DNA of 27,610 nucleotides from Candidatus Hodarchaeota archaeon. GTDB lineage: Archaea > Asgardarchaeota > Heimdallarchaeia > Hodarchaeales > Hodarchaeaceae. Numbering within the stretch: position 1 is the stretch's first letter; each line of letters opens with the position of its first letter. The notes under the pieces are model-generated. The model was not told where the DNA came from, searched no databases, and worked only from the letters and a program-made list of their open reading frames with translations. The stretch covers positions 1 through 27,610 of the forward strand of contig JAEOTQ010000093.1 of assembly GCA_016839785.1 (NCBI GenBank). The letters run 5' to 3'. A program made the position numbers and the translations under genes. Below are positions 1 to 9,651 of this stretch, one piece after another.

Positions 1-1
1 A

Positions 2-361
2 TCAATTCCAATGGTAGCCATTGAATGGGATTTAACAGAAAATAAAAATAAATTAACTGTATCTGGTGAATCAATGTATGCGGATTATAAAGATATGTTT
101 GGGACTGAGACACAATATCGTGAGAACACGAAACTCCAGAATATTCTTATGACTCACAATATTCTTGATTGGTTTAGTGGTAAAATTCCCATCACAACTG
201 ACACCGACATCACAACTGACACCGACATCACAACTGACTCCGACATCACAAATCCGACATCCTCATCAGGACCTCCGGAAATAACTCCAGGTTTTTCTAT
301 TCATACTTTGTTTGGGATTGTATTCTTAATTATGTTCATAAATTTTCAGAAAAGGAGATGA
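2..361 (+). CDS. C-terminal part of a secreted/surface protein with a Thr/Asp/Ser-rich linker and PGF-CTERM-like sorting tail (probably 5'-truncated)
   Basis: The frame is open from the window edge (tca att cca atg...). It ends in a TTDTDI-repeat linker, then TPGF, a hydrophobic helix (SIHTLFGIVFLIMFINF) and a basic QKRR tail. Confidence 0.8.
   Translation, partial: SIPMVAIEWDLTENKNKLTVSGESMYADYKDMFGTETQYRENTKLQNILMTHNILDWFSGKIPITTDTDITTDTDITTDSDITNPTSSSGPPEITPGFSIHTLFGIVFLIMFINFQKRR
191..251 (+). repeat. In-frame 18-bp tandem repeat (ATCACAACTGACACCGAC x2, ATCACAACTGACTCCGAC, then a partial copy) encoding ITTDTD/ITTDSD
   Basis: Read directly: copies at 191-208, 209-226 and 227-244, with a partial copy from 245. 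Confidence 0.95.
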
Positions 362-394
362 AACCGTACATATGGGAAGGTTTCTCTTCCTTTA

Positions 395-1291
395 TTATAA
401 CTCAGACATCTTACGAAGGGAGATAGCTGGAGTACCTTTCTCAACCATCATATAATCGTATACAGATTTCCAAATCTTCGAGTCTGGATTCCATTTGTTT
501 TCGAAATTATTAATGCCAAACCATGCTTCAAGGGCTTTATTTTCAGAATCTGCCCACTCATTCTGTGTAGAGCCTTGTAAATATTCTAAATCAGTCAATA
601 CTGATTTAATATTTGTCATAATTTCCCCTTCTATCTTGAATAAATTCTCGGGATTTTCTCTCGTCAAAAAAATCATATCGTAAATATCAAAGATCCGTTT
701 TAATTCCTTGATGGGTTCAATGTGTTCATCTACACGTATGTCTACTAAACGGTCAATGTACCCTCCATAGCTTCCCCCTTCACGCACTACGAGGAGTGAA
801 GCTGATTGTTTGCCACGACGATCACCCATCCCTTCTGATCCTCCAGCACTGAGACTAGCAAGTAACTTATCAGACAAATCACCTGTTGCTGTTTCATAAG
901 CTTTGGCCATCGATTCTACAGTTTCTTCACTAATGAGAATATTCCCTTGCACACTAAAGGCATCACCAATTATATGACCAGCCCATTCAAAACATTCCTT
1001 TCCTGTAAAAGCGTCTACTTCTCCTTTTGCATCGATTATTGCCACCTGACGTTGTTCTTTTTCTTCATCCGCATTTATTAATTTTTGGAGTACTTCTTTG
1101 GCCCCCAACCCCGACCTCAACATATCTAAGCCCATTGGTCCATAGGAAACATTTGCCATCGCCTGGGTGGCTATTGCCCCAACCTTAACATTAGCCCAAG
1201 GTACGATAGCTCCAACACATATGAACTTACTTTGTACAGCTACTCCTAAATCCCCTGTATTTTCATCGAACGCTACAATTGAAAATGTCAT
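395..1291 (-). CDS. DUF1028 family Ntn-hydrolase-like protein with C-terminal extension
   Basis: MTFSIVAFDENTGDLGVAVQSKF..VGAIVPWA, GAIATQA, RQVAIID, QGNIL, GDRRGKQSA, DIRVDEH. Start placed at MTF (1291) rather than the ORF-track start at 1300. Confidence 0.9.
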   Translation of the reverse strand: MTFSIVAFDENTGDLGVAVQSKFICVGAIVPWANVKVGAIATQAMANVSYGPMGLDMLRSGLGAKEVLQKLINADEEKEQRQVAIIDAKGEVDAFTGKECFEWAGHIIGDAFSVQGNILISEETVESMAKAYETATGDLSDKLLASLSAGGSEGMGDRRGKQSASLLVVREGGSYGGYIDRLVDIRVDEHIEPIKELKRIFDIYDMIFLTRENPENLFKIEGEIMTNIKSVLTDLEYLQGSTQNEWADSENKALEAWFGINNFENKWNPDSKIWKSVYDYMMVEKGTPAISLRKMSEL

Positions 1292-1491
1292 ATAAACCAT
1301 TCCTTTCTAAGATAGCATACCGAGGTATTTTTTTTGTTTTTTTAAGATATCTATGTTCGAAATATTGCCAATATCATCTAACACTTAAATATTTAGGCTG
1401 ATTTGTGCCTACCTTCAAAAGAGATAATTGTTTAGAATTCTATCCCAAGAAGTCGACATTCCGTTAAAATTACCTAGCATGAGGAACCATT

Positions 1492-2817
1492 ATGGAGAGT
1501 AATACAGCACTTGAGCCAGTAAATCACTTGAAAAGTTATATCCTATTTCTGACTGGGCAATGGGTGTCTATACTGGGGTCAAATATTGTAAGATTTGGAA
1601 TAATATGGTATCTAACGGTAAAAACGGGAAGTCCGTTTATCCTAGCCTTAGCTGCTTTTTTTGCATTTGCCCCATTCATCATTGTAACTCCCATCTCTGG
1701 GGTTTTTGTAGACCGTTGGGATAGGAAAAAAATCATCATATTTGTCGATTTCATGCAAGCTTTCTTGACGGTGGTTTTAATTAGTACTTTCGCTGGGATA
1801 TCAATACCCGAACTGAATCTTAACCTTCTTTTCTCTGATGATGATTTAATAAAAATAATATTTGGAATGAGCATTATATCTGGAATATTTGGGGCATTCC
1901 ATACCGCAGCAGTTGATACTCTACTCCCAATAATGGTTCCTCAGAATCACTTAAGTAGAGTGAATGGGCTTAATTTTCTAGTTAATGGAGGGATACAGAT
2001 TATTGGTCCATTAATTGGTGCATTTGCACTAAGTTTCATGCTCTTAAGGGATCTATTTTGGTTGGATGTATTAACGTTTCTTTTAGCAATTATTCCCACC
2101 CTTCTTATATCTATACCTAAGGTTAAACGTGAAAAAAAGGAGATAGAAGAAAAATATTCATTTCAAAGTGAATTTAATGAAGGTATTACCTTTATAAGTG
2201 CAACTAATGGATTATTGGCGTTATTAGCGGTCTTTACAGGAGCGAATTTTTTCCTTAGCCCAATTTTTTCCCAGATACCGGTATTGGTTTCCGAAATTCA
2301 TCTTGGGAATGAGGACAATTTGGCATTTGTTTTTGCTATGCAGCAAGTAGGTATGTTACTAGGATCACTACTTATGAGTTCATGGAAAGGATTTGAAAAT
2401 AATGCGAAAGGAGTAGCTATAGGTTTATTTGTAGGGTATATTGGAATGTACGTAATGGTACTTGCTCCCTTAGGGAATTTTTATGTTTTAGGAGGAGGAT
2501 TACTTATCACAGGTTTTGTATTACCATTAGCCAATGTTTCGAGCGAGACTATTTGGGCAAAGATTGTTCCTAAGGATATTTTAGGAAGAGTTTATTCTGT
2601 ACGCAGAACGATTGCTCAGATTTCTGCACCAGTGGGAATACTTCTTGGAGGATTCTTAGCAGAGTTATTTGGTTTAGTATTTATTCTTGGAATTTCCACC
2701 CTTGCAGGTACCATTCTCTTATTGTATGCCTGGTTTTTCACTGCTTTTTCTCAGGTTGAACGATTATCTGCAGAATCTCGTAAAGATAAGATGAATGAGA
2801 AAGAACCGCCCGTATAA
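1492..2817 (+). CDS. MFS transporter (MefA/DHA3-like efflux subfamily)
   Basis: About 12 hydrophobic segments, motif A (SGVFVDRWDRKK), GQWVSILGS at the N-terminus, VPQNHLSRVNG and VPKDILGRV repeats. Confidence 0.9.
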   Translation: MESNTALEPVNHLKSYILFLTGQWVSILGSNIVRFGIIWYLTVKTGSPFILALAAFFAFAPFIIVTPISGVFVDRWDRKKIIIFVDFMQAFLTVVLISTFAGISIPELNLNLLFSDDDLIKIIFGMSIISGIFGAFHTAAVDTLLPIMVPQNHLSRVNGLNFLVNGGIQIIGPLIGAFALSFMLLRDLFWLDVLTFLLAIIPTLLISIPKVKREKKEIEEKYSFQSEFNEGITFISATNGLLALLAVFTGANFFLSPIFSQIPVLVSEIHLGNEDNLAFVFAMQQVGMLLGSLLMSSWKGFENNAKGVAIGLFVGYIGMYVMVLAPLGNFYVLGGGLLITGFVLPLANVSSETIWAKIVPKDILGRVYSVRRTIAQISAPVGILLGGFLAELFGLVFILGISTLAGTILLLYAWFFTAFSQVERLSAESRKDKMNEKEPPV

Positions 2818-2865
2818 GAGGGAAAATCTTCTTCAACTCATTGTGAAAATCTCAGAATGATAATC

Positions 2866-4017
2866 ATGTGCGATACTTTTGTGGCATTATCAACTGCAAC
2901 TACTGATGGTTCGATTATATTTGGTAAAAACAGCGATCGCCCTTATTCTGAAATACAAAATATCACCTTCTATCAGCATGAAGAATATTCTCAAGGGACA
3001 GAGGTTCAATGTACTTATATTAAGATTCCCCAAGTTGAAGAAACATACGCAGTATTACTTTCCCAACCTTTTTGGATGTTTGGAGCAGAAATGGGTGCAA
3101 ATGAATTCGGTCTGGTCATTGGAAATGAGGCGGTATGGACACGAGAACCGCTAGGCCCACCCTCTCTCCTAGGGATGGACTTACTCCGCCTTGCATTGGA
3201 ACGCTCTCGGACTGCGCGTAGTGCAATGGAATCAATTATTGAATTATTGGATTTATATGGGCAAGGAGGGGCCTGTGCAGAAAATGATCCTTCCTTGAAC
3301 TACCATAATTCATTTCTTATCGTTGATAAATTCGAAGCCTGGGTTTTAGAAACTGCAGGGAAATGGTGGGTAGTAGAACGGGTTACTGAACCGACACGTA
3401 ATATCTCAAACAGTTTATCCATCAGGACAAACTTCGATCTATCTGCAGAGGGGATCGTGGATCATGCTATTGAAAGAGGTTATACCGAAGAAACTGAACC
3501 ATTCGATTTCGCTAAATCGTTTGGGATAAACTGGAGAGAATGTAGTCCATATTCTCGTGAAGGAATTGGAAGAAATAAATTGCTAGAGGAACGTGGGAAT
3601 ATTTCACCTCTAACAATGATGGGCTTACTACGCAACTGTGAATCAGGTATTTGCATGCATGGAGGATTCAGAAGTACTGCTTCAATGGTATCTCAACTAT
3701 TTGCTTCAGAGCAAGATATCCACTGGATGACTGGCACTCCGCATCCGTGTGAAAGTTTGTTCAAACTGATCACTATTCCAGCTACTATACTCGAATATCA
3801 ACCAGCCATAAAAGAACCAAATCTTAACTCAATTTGGTGGGCTCATGAAGAACTCTCCACAATCAATCCTTCCAATTTTCCAGACTGGACAATTTACGAG
3901 AAAGAAATGTATATCAAAATACAAGATATGAACGAGGAACAACTGAAAGCGATAAGTAATCAAGCCTTTACGATTGAACTTGAGAATTATAATGCTCTCC
4001 TCAAAAATTCCAAGTGA
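2866..4017 (+). CDS. Peptidase C69/secernin-like Ntn hydrolase
   Basis: MCDTFVAL (N-terminal Cys nucleophile), IFGKNSDRP, QCTYIKIPQV, GAEMGANEFG, GNEAVWT, LLGMDLLRLALER, YHNSFLI. Start placed at MCD (2866). Confidence 0.9.
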   Translation: MCDTFVALSTATTDGSIIFGKNSDRPYSEIQNITFYQHEEYSQGTEVQCTYIKIPQVEETYAVLLSQPFWMFGAEMGANEFGLVIGNEAVWTREPLGPPSLLGMDLLRLALERSRTARSAMESIIELLDLYGQGGACAENDPSLNYHNSFLIVDKFEAWVLETAGKWWVVERVTEPTRNISNSLSIRTNFDLSAEGIVDHAIERGYTEETEPFDFAKSFGINWRECSPYSREGIGRNKLLEERGNISPLTMMGLLRNCESGICMHGGFRSTASMVSQLFASEQDIHWMTGTPHPCESLFKLITIPATILEYQPAIKEPNLNSIWWAHEELSTINPSNFPDWTIYEKEMYIKIQDMNEEQLKAISNQAFTIELENYNALLKNSK

Positions 4018-4069
4018 ATTGACTGAAGGATTGGGTCATATTTTAAAAGAGAAGATTCGAAGATTACTC

Positions 4070-4888
4070 ATGGTTACCTCTGAAATCAACACTTTTCTTT
4101 CTCCTTCTCGCCCACTTGTCATGGCTCATCGAGGTGACCAAACTGTCAGCCCTGAAAACTCCTTATTGGCATTAAAAAATGCGAGTTTACTTGAGATAGA
4201 TTTCATTGAATCGGATATTCGGATAACAAAAGATCATGAACTGATTCTCTTTCATGATGATACTCTCGATCGAACAACAAATGCATCTGGTCGGATCATT
4301 GATTACACGCTTAATGAACTCGAGAGTGAGGTTGACGTTGGATATCATTTCACGCTAGACGATGGAGAAACATACCCCTGTCGAGGAAAAGATTGGCGTG
4401 TAGTGACTCTGAGGCAAGCGTTTCAAATTTTCCCCAGTATGCGATTTAATTTGGACATAAAAAATTCTGAATCTGAAGCGCCCCGCTTATTAGCTGACTT
4501 AATCACTGAGTTCGGTCGTGAAAATAGTGTCCTTATAGGATCTTTCCATCACGATCAAATAGTACGGTTTCGGAAACTTCTACCCCATATTCCTACAGCT
4601 GCTTCTCCTAATGAGGTGAAGAATTTCATTATACGACACAAAATACGGATGAATAGACTGATTTCACCCAAATATCTTGCACTCCAAGTGCCAGTAAATT
4701 ATAACGGAACTCGTATAATTACCCCTGCATTTATTAGCGACGCCCATAAAAGAAACCTTGCGGTTCATGTATGGACAATCAATGATCGACCAACAATGGA
4801 ATGGTTAATTGGACTGGGAGTTGATGGGATATTCACAGATGACCCATGGTTATTACTAGAGGCATTACAGGAAAAAGAATTGATTTGA
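4070..4888 (+). CDS. Glycerophosphodiester phosphodiesterase (GDPD)
   Basis: AHRG, PENS, ESDIRITKD, HDDTLDRTT, NLDIK, HVWTIN, GVDGIFTD. ATG 4070 avoids overlap with the upstream gene. Confidence 0.92.
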   Translation: MVTSEINTFLSPSRPLVMAHRGDQTVSPENSLLALKNASLLEIDFIESDIRITKDHELILFHDDTLDRTTNASGRIIDYTLNELESEVDVGYHFTLDDGETYPCRGKDWRVVTLRQAFQIFPSMRFNLDIKNSESEAPRLLADLITEFGRENSVLIGSFHHDQIVRFRKLLPHIPTAASPNEVKNFIIRHKIRMNRLISPKYLALQVPVNYNGTRIITPAFISDAHKRNLAVHVWTINDRPTMEWLIGLGVDGIFTDDPWLLLEALQEKELI

Positions 4889-4908
4889 GTACTTGTGTAC
4901 TAAGTAAT

Positions 4909-5673
4909 TTACTGAGAACCAGGAATACTCACCAAGAAGTCGCTAAGCAATGAATTGAATTCCTCTGTCCGTTCATTTGCAATACCATGGTCTCCATCAT
5001 ACTTATAATAACGGGTATGACCGGGTAGAGCGCTTTCCATTGTTTTAAAGACAATTTGAGGTGTTACTGTATCTTTTAAACTATAGATCATTAGAATAGG
5101 TACTGTAATTTCCCCCATTTGGCGTAAGTAGTCTTTGTTGCGCCTTTTTTGGATAACTGTAGCCACATATGTAAAGACTTTTTGAAGTCGCTTTACAATT
5201 GACCAAGTACGGGAACTAGCAGATTTTTTCTTTTCTTCAGTACGTTTTTCTTTGGCTAAGAAGTTCCAGGAGCGTGTTGTCTTATGAAAAAAAGGCCGAG
5301 GGCCTACTAATACTAATCCACTTACCTTGTCAGGATTTTGGAGGCAATACTGTATGCAAAGAGTAGCTCCAACAGAATAGCCGATTAAAACAGGTTTGTT
5401 CTTGAGAGTAAGTACGGAATTCAACAGATGGTGGATATCTTCTAATAAGTCAGTTGTTTTGTTTTTTTCCACAAATTTTCCAAGACTTGATTTAGCAAAG
5501 CCTCGAAGATCAGGAGCAATCATATGATAACTAGCGGATAATTTTGGATCATCAAGTTGATGACCCCAATGGGATCGTGAACTCCCTAAATATCCGTGAA
5601 TAAACACTACTGGGGAACCTTCTCCATTTTCTTCATAAAATACCTGATAACCGTCACGTATAAAGTATGGCAT
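4909..5673 (-). CDS. Alpha/beta-fold hydrolase
   Basis: VVFIHGY oxyanion motif, APDLRGF, nucleophile elbow GYSVG, candidate Asp (KDTVTP) and His (GDHG). Confidence 0.9.
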   Translation of the reverse strand: MPYFIRDGYQVFYEENGEGSPVVFIHGYLGSSRSHWGHQLDDPKLSASYHMIAPDLRGFAKSSLGKFVEKNKTTDLLEDIHHLLNSVLTLKNKPVLIGYSVGATLCIQYCLQNPDKVSGLVLVGPRPFFHKTTRSWNFLAKEKRTEEKKKSASSRTWSIVKRLQKVFTYVATVIQKRRNKDYLRQMGEITVPILMIYSLKDTVTPQIVFKTMESALPGHTRYYKYDGDHGIANERTEEFNSLLSDFLVSIPGSQ

Positions 5674-5953
5674 ATGAACGAGATTCCTTTTCTGTTGATT
5701 GATGAAATAACGAATAATTCACCTTTTTCCGTTTTACACCTAAATCTTTTGGGAGATGAATTATTAGGAAATAGTGTAAGATAATCTTTGGAAAGTCCTT
5801 AATTGTAATGAATCGAAATTTCTCCCTTTTAGAAATACTTTTTAATGCGTAAAGCGGTATATACATTTGTGTAAGCTCAATATTGCAGTTATCTTATGCT
5901 ATAAGATATGGTAGAAGTATCTAGTAAATATCTTCATTCCCCTTCGTGATACT

Positions 5954-7663
5954 ATGTTCCTCTCAAAAGTGAAATTGAAGAATTTTCGCAGTATTACATC
6001 TCTCACATTAAATAACCTTAAAAATTTGAATTGCTTTATCGGGGGACATAATTCTGGGAAAACGAATATTTTAGATGGAATATCCGTGTTCTGGGATCCT
6101 CAAATCCGTACTTATAGCCAACGACGGCAATTTCAAGCAGAAACGACCCCTATCACTGAAGATTTCGATCGTAGTATTTTATCGTATCTCGACACTCATC
6201 ATACCCATGGTTCATTTAATTTCAATCTTGATCCCCAACAGGGATTACAATTATGGAGAGAGAATGAGCTCTTAAAACAAAATTTTATCCAAACAGCGTT
6301 TAAATATAAGATTATTAATCCATTCGATGTTTACGACTTTTTCTTGGATGATTTGAGTTCCATTGTTAATCTTTCTCAAATTAGCTCATTAGAATTTAAC
6401 TTAACATTAAGTCCAAGCTTTCTAGAATTTCTAAACGAATCCTTACTTCTTCACTTACGATCTGAGGAGATTATAAAATACGAATCTGTAAATGTTCCTG
6501 TACCTATGATTAGAGACTCACTTGGGACAACTTTTATTCGTCGTTTTCATGATATCAATCTAGAATTTGATGAATTAAGGAATACATTGCTAAATATTCT
6601 TCAGGGGAAGGATTATCAATCTATAATTACAATCGAGAAATTTCTAAAAGATGTGATTGACCAAGATTTCGTTTTTCAGGTTGGGGGTACAGCACCTGAT
6701 GGCAAACCTCAGATTGATGTTACCATCGAACGGAGTTTCACCAGTCCTCTGTGGCGGATCTCGAGTGGCACTGTCCGATTGATTGCACTTGCATGTTTAC
6801 TAACATCAAATCCAGCAAATGGACAAATTATAATAGCAGATAATCCTGGAATCTTTTTACATCCAAGAGGAGAACGAGTACTAGCAAGAAAGTTTGAAGC
6901 CTTTGCCAAAGATAGGCAATTCTTTTTTTCCACGCATTCTTCTCGCTTATTAATTGGGCACGCCCATCTTGTGGAGCTGAAGAACGGCTGGACAAATATA
7001 GAACGAATAAAAGGCCGAAAATCCATGAGAAAGATTGTGAAGCTCCTAGGAATTAGACCCTCTGACTCACTTGGCTCAGACATTGTTGTTTTTGTTGAGG
7101 GAAGGACAGATTCCCGAGTATTCCGAGTGTTTGAAGATAAAATTTGCCGTTTCTTTCCAGAACTTTCAAATGTACGTGTATCTTATATTGGAGTGGGAGG
7201 ATGGACAAATATGAGGTATATTTTATCAATCGAATTATTGAAGAGTAAGTTTGTACGTAGTCGAGCTCTGGCGATAACTGACGGCGATATTGTAAGTACT
7301 AAAACCTATGAAAAATTAAAACAACATTGGCTAGATGTATTCTTGAAAGAGGGAGATTTTTTCTCTCTTAAAGAAGAATGTATAGAATCACTCTTTCTCA
7401 ATAATCCTGTTGTTTTTGATCGTTTAATGCAAGAAAAAGATAGAGCCCCTGCTCCTTTGTCAGAAATTGAAAAGTTTATTGAGCAGAGACGTAATCACGG
7501 ATTATCAGATAAGTCCATTACGCGAGAAATCGTCATTAAATACAATATTGGACGTAAATACTCTTCCTCGATTGCGGAAAGACTAGCTAGGCAGTTTAAA
7601 GATAAGGAAATTCCAAAATATTTAGTAGAATTTTACCAAACTCATATTCTACAATATGAATAA
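5954..7663 (+). CDS. OLD-family ABC-ATPase + TOPRIM nuclease
   Basis: LKNFRSI, Walker A GGHNSGKTNIL, signature ISSGT, Walker B-like IIIADNPGIFLHP, H-loop STHS. TOPRIM motifs VFVEGRTD, VGG, ITDGD and EECIE. Confidence 0.85.
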   Translation: MFLSKVKLKNFRSITSLTLNNLKNLNCFIGGHNSGKTNILDGISVFWDPQIRTYSQRRQFQAETTPITEDFDRSILSYLDTHHTHGSFNFNLDPQQGLQLWRENELLKQNFIQTAFKYKIINPFDVYDFFLDDLSSIVNLSQISSLEFNLTLSPSFLEFLNESLLLHLRSEEIIKYESVNVPVPMIRDSLGTTFIRRFHDINLEFDELRNTLLNILQGKDYQSIITIEKFLKDVIDQDFVFQVGGTAPDGKPQIDVTIERSFTSPLWRISSGTVRLIALACLLTSNPANGQIIIADNPGIFLHPRGERVLARKFEAFAKDRQFFFSTHSSRLLIGHAHLVELKNGWTNIERIKGRKSMRKIVKLLGIRPSDSLGSDIVVFVEGRTDSRVFRVFEDKICRFFPELSNVRVSYIGVGGWTNMRYILSIELLKSKFVRSRALAITDGDIVSTKTYEKLKQHWLDVFLKEGDFFSLKEECIESLFLNNPVVFDRLMQEKDRAPAPLSEIEKFIEQRRNHGLSDKSITREIVIKYNIGRKYSSSIAERLARQFKDKEIPKYLVEFYQTHILQYE

Positions 7664-7736
7664 GCATAAATTTCATGAAACTTACGAAACATCCACGAGT
7701 GAGATTTTTAATGCTATTAATTTTCAAATAGTAACT

Positions 7737-8453
7737 ATGAAGGTTTCTAGCATTTGGAAATTTAAAACCTTAATTTTTGTTATAGGGTTGATCCTAATTA
7801 ATAGCAATCTCTCACCAGCTATAGCGTCCATTACAAATATGCAGCTCACTTTAGAGGGAAATGTAATTGGTACCCTAACTGAAGCTGAAATTAAACTTGG
7901 ATTACCAACTACTACTGGTTGGGGAGGTTATCAAAATTCGCGGGGTACAATTACCCCAACTTCTCGATGGAAAGGTGTTCATATTCCTTTATTTCTCACC
8001 TCAATCCTTGAAGAACTAGAGTATAATGTTACCATTATGGCGCTAGATTATTCTATCAACCTCACGCGCGCTGAAGTGGAAGGAGGAATCCGAACTTTTG
8101 ATGAGGAAAATAATACTCTTACAACCAAGGCCATTCCAATTCTTGCTTATGAACAAAATGATAATACTGTTAAAGATGGTGATGGGCCTCTCAGACTCGT
8201 GTTCATTGGAGAAAATAATCTGAGTATCCTTACTTATGGACCACTCTGGGTAAAACAGGTTATAACATTACGTGTAACTCTCAATTCAGAGATAATTTTT
8301 AGTCTAACAAGCATAAGTGTTCCTGAATTCACTTCGAGTACTTCTGATGAAAATAATACTGAATCAACATCAGGAAATTCATTCGGAGTTACAATCCTTT
8401 TCCTCACCATTGCAACCCCTATGATAATTTGGATACGCAGAAAAAGAAGGTAA
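7737..8453 (+). CDS. Secreted, C-terminally anchored protein with a molybdopterin-oxidoreductase (sulfite oxidase)-like fold
   Basis: Signal peptide from ATG 7737. Motifs LTLEGNV, WKGV, ILAYEQN, GPLRLV and WVKQVITL, followed by an S/T linker, a TM helix and IRRKRR. The ORF-track start (7656) overlaps the upstream gene. Confidence 0.7.
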   Translation: MKVSSIWKFKTLIFVIGLILINSNLSPAIASITNMQLTLEGNVIGTLTEAEIKLGLPTTTGWGGYQNSRGTITPTSRWKGVHIPLFLTSILEELEYNVTIMALDYSINLTRAEVEGGIRTFDEENNTLTTKAIPILAYEQNDNTVKDGDGPLRLVFIGENNLSILTYGPLWVKQVITLRVTLNSEIIFSLTSISVPEFTSSTSDENNTESTSGNSFGVTILFLTIATPMIIWIRRKRR

Positions 8454-8673
8454 AGGTTTTTAACTGTAGAACTTTGATCGTAAAGAGTTTAGAATGAGGA
8501 TAACTTACAGAATTCTTATTAAAATGTCATCTAGCATCTTTTTGTCATATTTAAACTCGAAATGCCTAGGTTCACTAAGTTACCAGAATATAGCCATTCT
8601 ATAATTGGGTAGATAGGATTAAAAGATTTCAAGTAATGAACGCAAAATCAAAAGAAATTGGAATGAACTCACA

Positions 8674-9642
8674 GTGAAAGCCTTTGTAGTCAATCTATTT
8701 CCTTCTTTTTTCGTTAAATTCTTCGCACGAGCATATGTTGCTGGTGTAGGTATAGAGTGCGGTATTAAAAAAGCACGTGACCTCTGGGAAAAACAGAAAA
8801 TAGCTTCAACAATTGATATGCTGGGTGAAGAGGTAAAGAATCTGGAGGAAGTGGATAAAATTGTACATATTTATCTAACACTTATTGAAAAATTACGTAC
8901 CGAGTCCTTTCCAAAGCATATCTCATTAAAACCTACAAGTCTTGGTATTGATATTGACAAAGAAATTTGCTTTTCAAATTTAGAAAAAATTCTAAAACTC
9001 ACGGTTGAAGAGAATATCACAGTAACCTTAGATATGGAGGATTCTACTTATACTGATGCTACCCTCGAGCTATATAAATCTTTAAGACCTAAATATGAGT
9101 TTGGTACAGTATTACAAAGTAGATTGTTCAGAACAAAGGATGATATCTTAGGATTAGCAGGATTTAATGCTAGAGTGCGGATGTGTATTGGTGTTTACAA
9201 TGAAGATAAGAGCATTGCTTACACCAAGAAGAGTGAAATGAAGAAAAAAATTGTAGAGTATACAGGAATGTTACTAGAACACCAACATAAAGTCGATGTT
9301 GCCACTCACGATCACAAGTGTATTGTTAACGCACTAAAACAGGTAGAAGAACGAGGACTCGGAAAAGAAGCTGTGGAATTCCAATTTCTTCTCGGTGTCC
9401 CCAGACAACGAATCCAATCTGAGTTGATCAATAGAGGTTATACTGTTCGCTTATATGTTCCTTTTACTATAGAATGGAAATGTGCAATTGCCTATCTTAG
9501 ACGAAGATTAATCGAAAATCCCTCAATGGTTTATCTTGGGGGTTTGGATTTCCTTGGTCGAATTCTTCAACCACTTACCGCCAAGAGAAAAAAATCCATT
9601 CTTCCGCCTAAACAAGAACCTACTTCTTCTATCAGTTCTTAG
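8674..9642 (+). CDS. Monofunctional proline dehydrogenase family flavoprotein
   Basis: DMLGE, ISLKPTSLG, LDMED, VLQS, ATHD, EFQFLLGV, LYVPF, YLRRRLIENP. GTG start. Confidence 0.9.
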   Translation: MKAFVVNLFPSFFVKFFARAYVAGVGIECGIKKARDLWEKQKIASTIDMLGEEVKNLEEVDKIVHIYLTLIEKLRTESFPKHISLKPTSLGIDIDKEICFSNLEKILKLTVEENITVTLDMEDSTYTDATLELYKSLRPKYEFGTVLQSRLFRTKDDILGLAGFNARVRMCIGVYNEDKSIAYTKKSEMKKKIVEYTGMLLEHQHKVDVATHDHKCIVNALKQVEERGLGKEAVEFQFLLGVPRQRIQSELINRGYTVRLYVPFTIEWKCAIAYLRRRLIENPSMVYLGGLDFLGRILQPLTAKRKKSILPPKQEPTSSISS

Positions 9643-9651
9643 GAATGGTTA

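Noticed and set aside
5596-5866. Small ORFs 5596-5784 (+) and 5654-5866 (-)
   Set aside because: They overlap the hydrolase start and the AT-rich divergent promoter region, with no protein-like signal.
5954-8453. OLD nuclease plus downstream ORF as a two-gene defence system (apparent 8-bp overlap)
   Set aside because: The downstream gene more plausibly starts at 7737 with a signal peptide and encodes a surface protein, not a known OLD partner.
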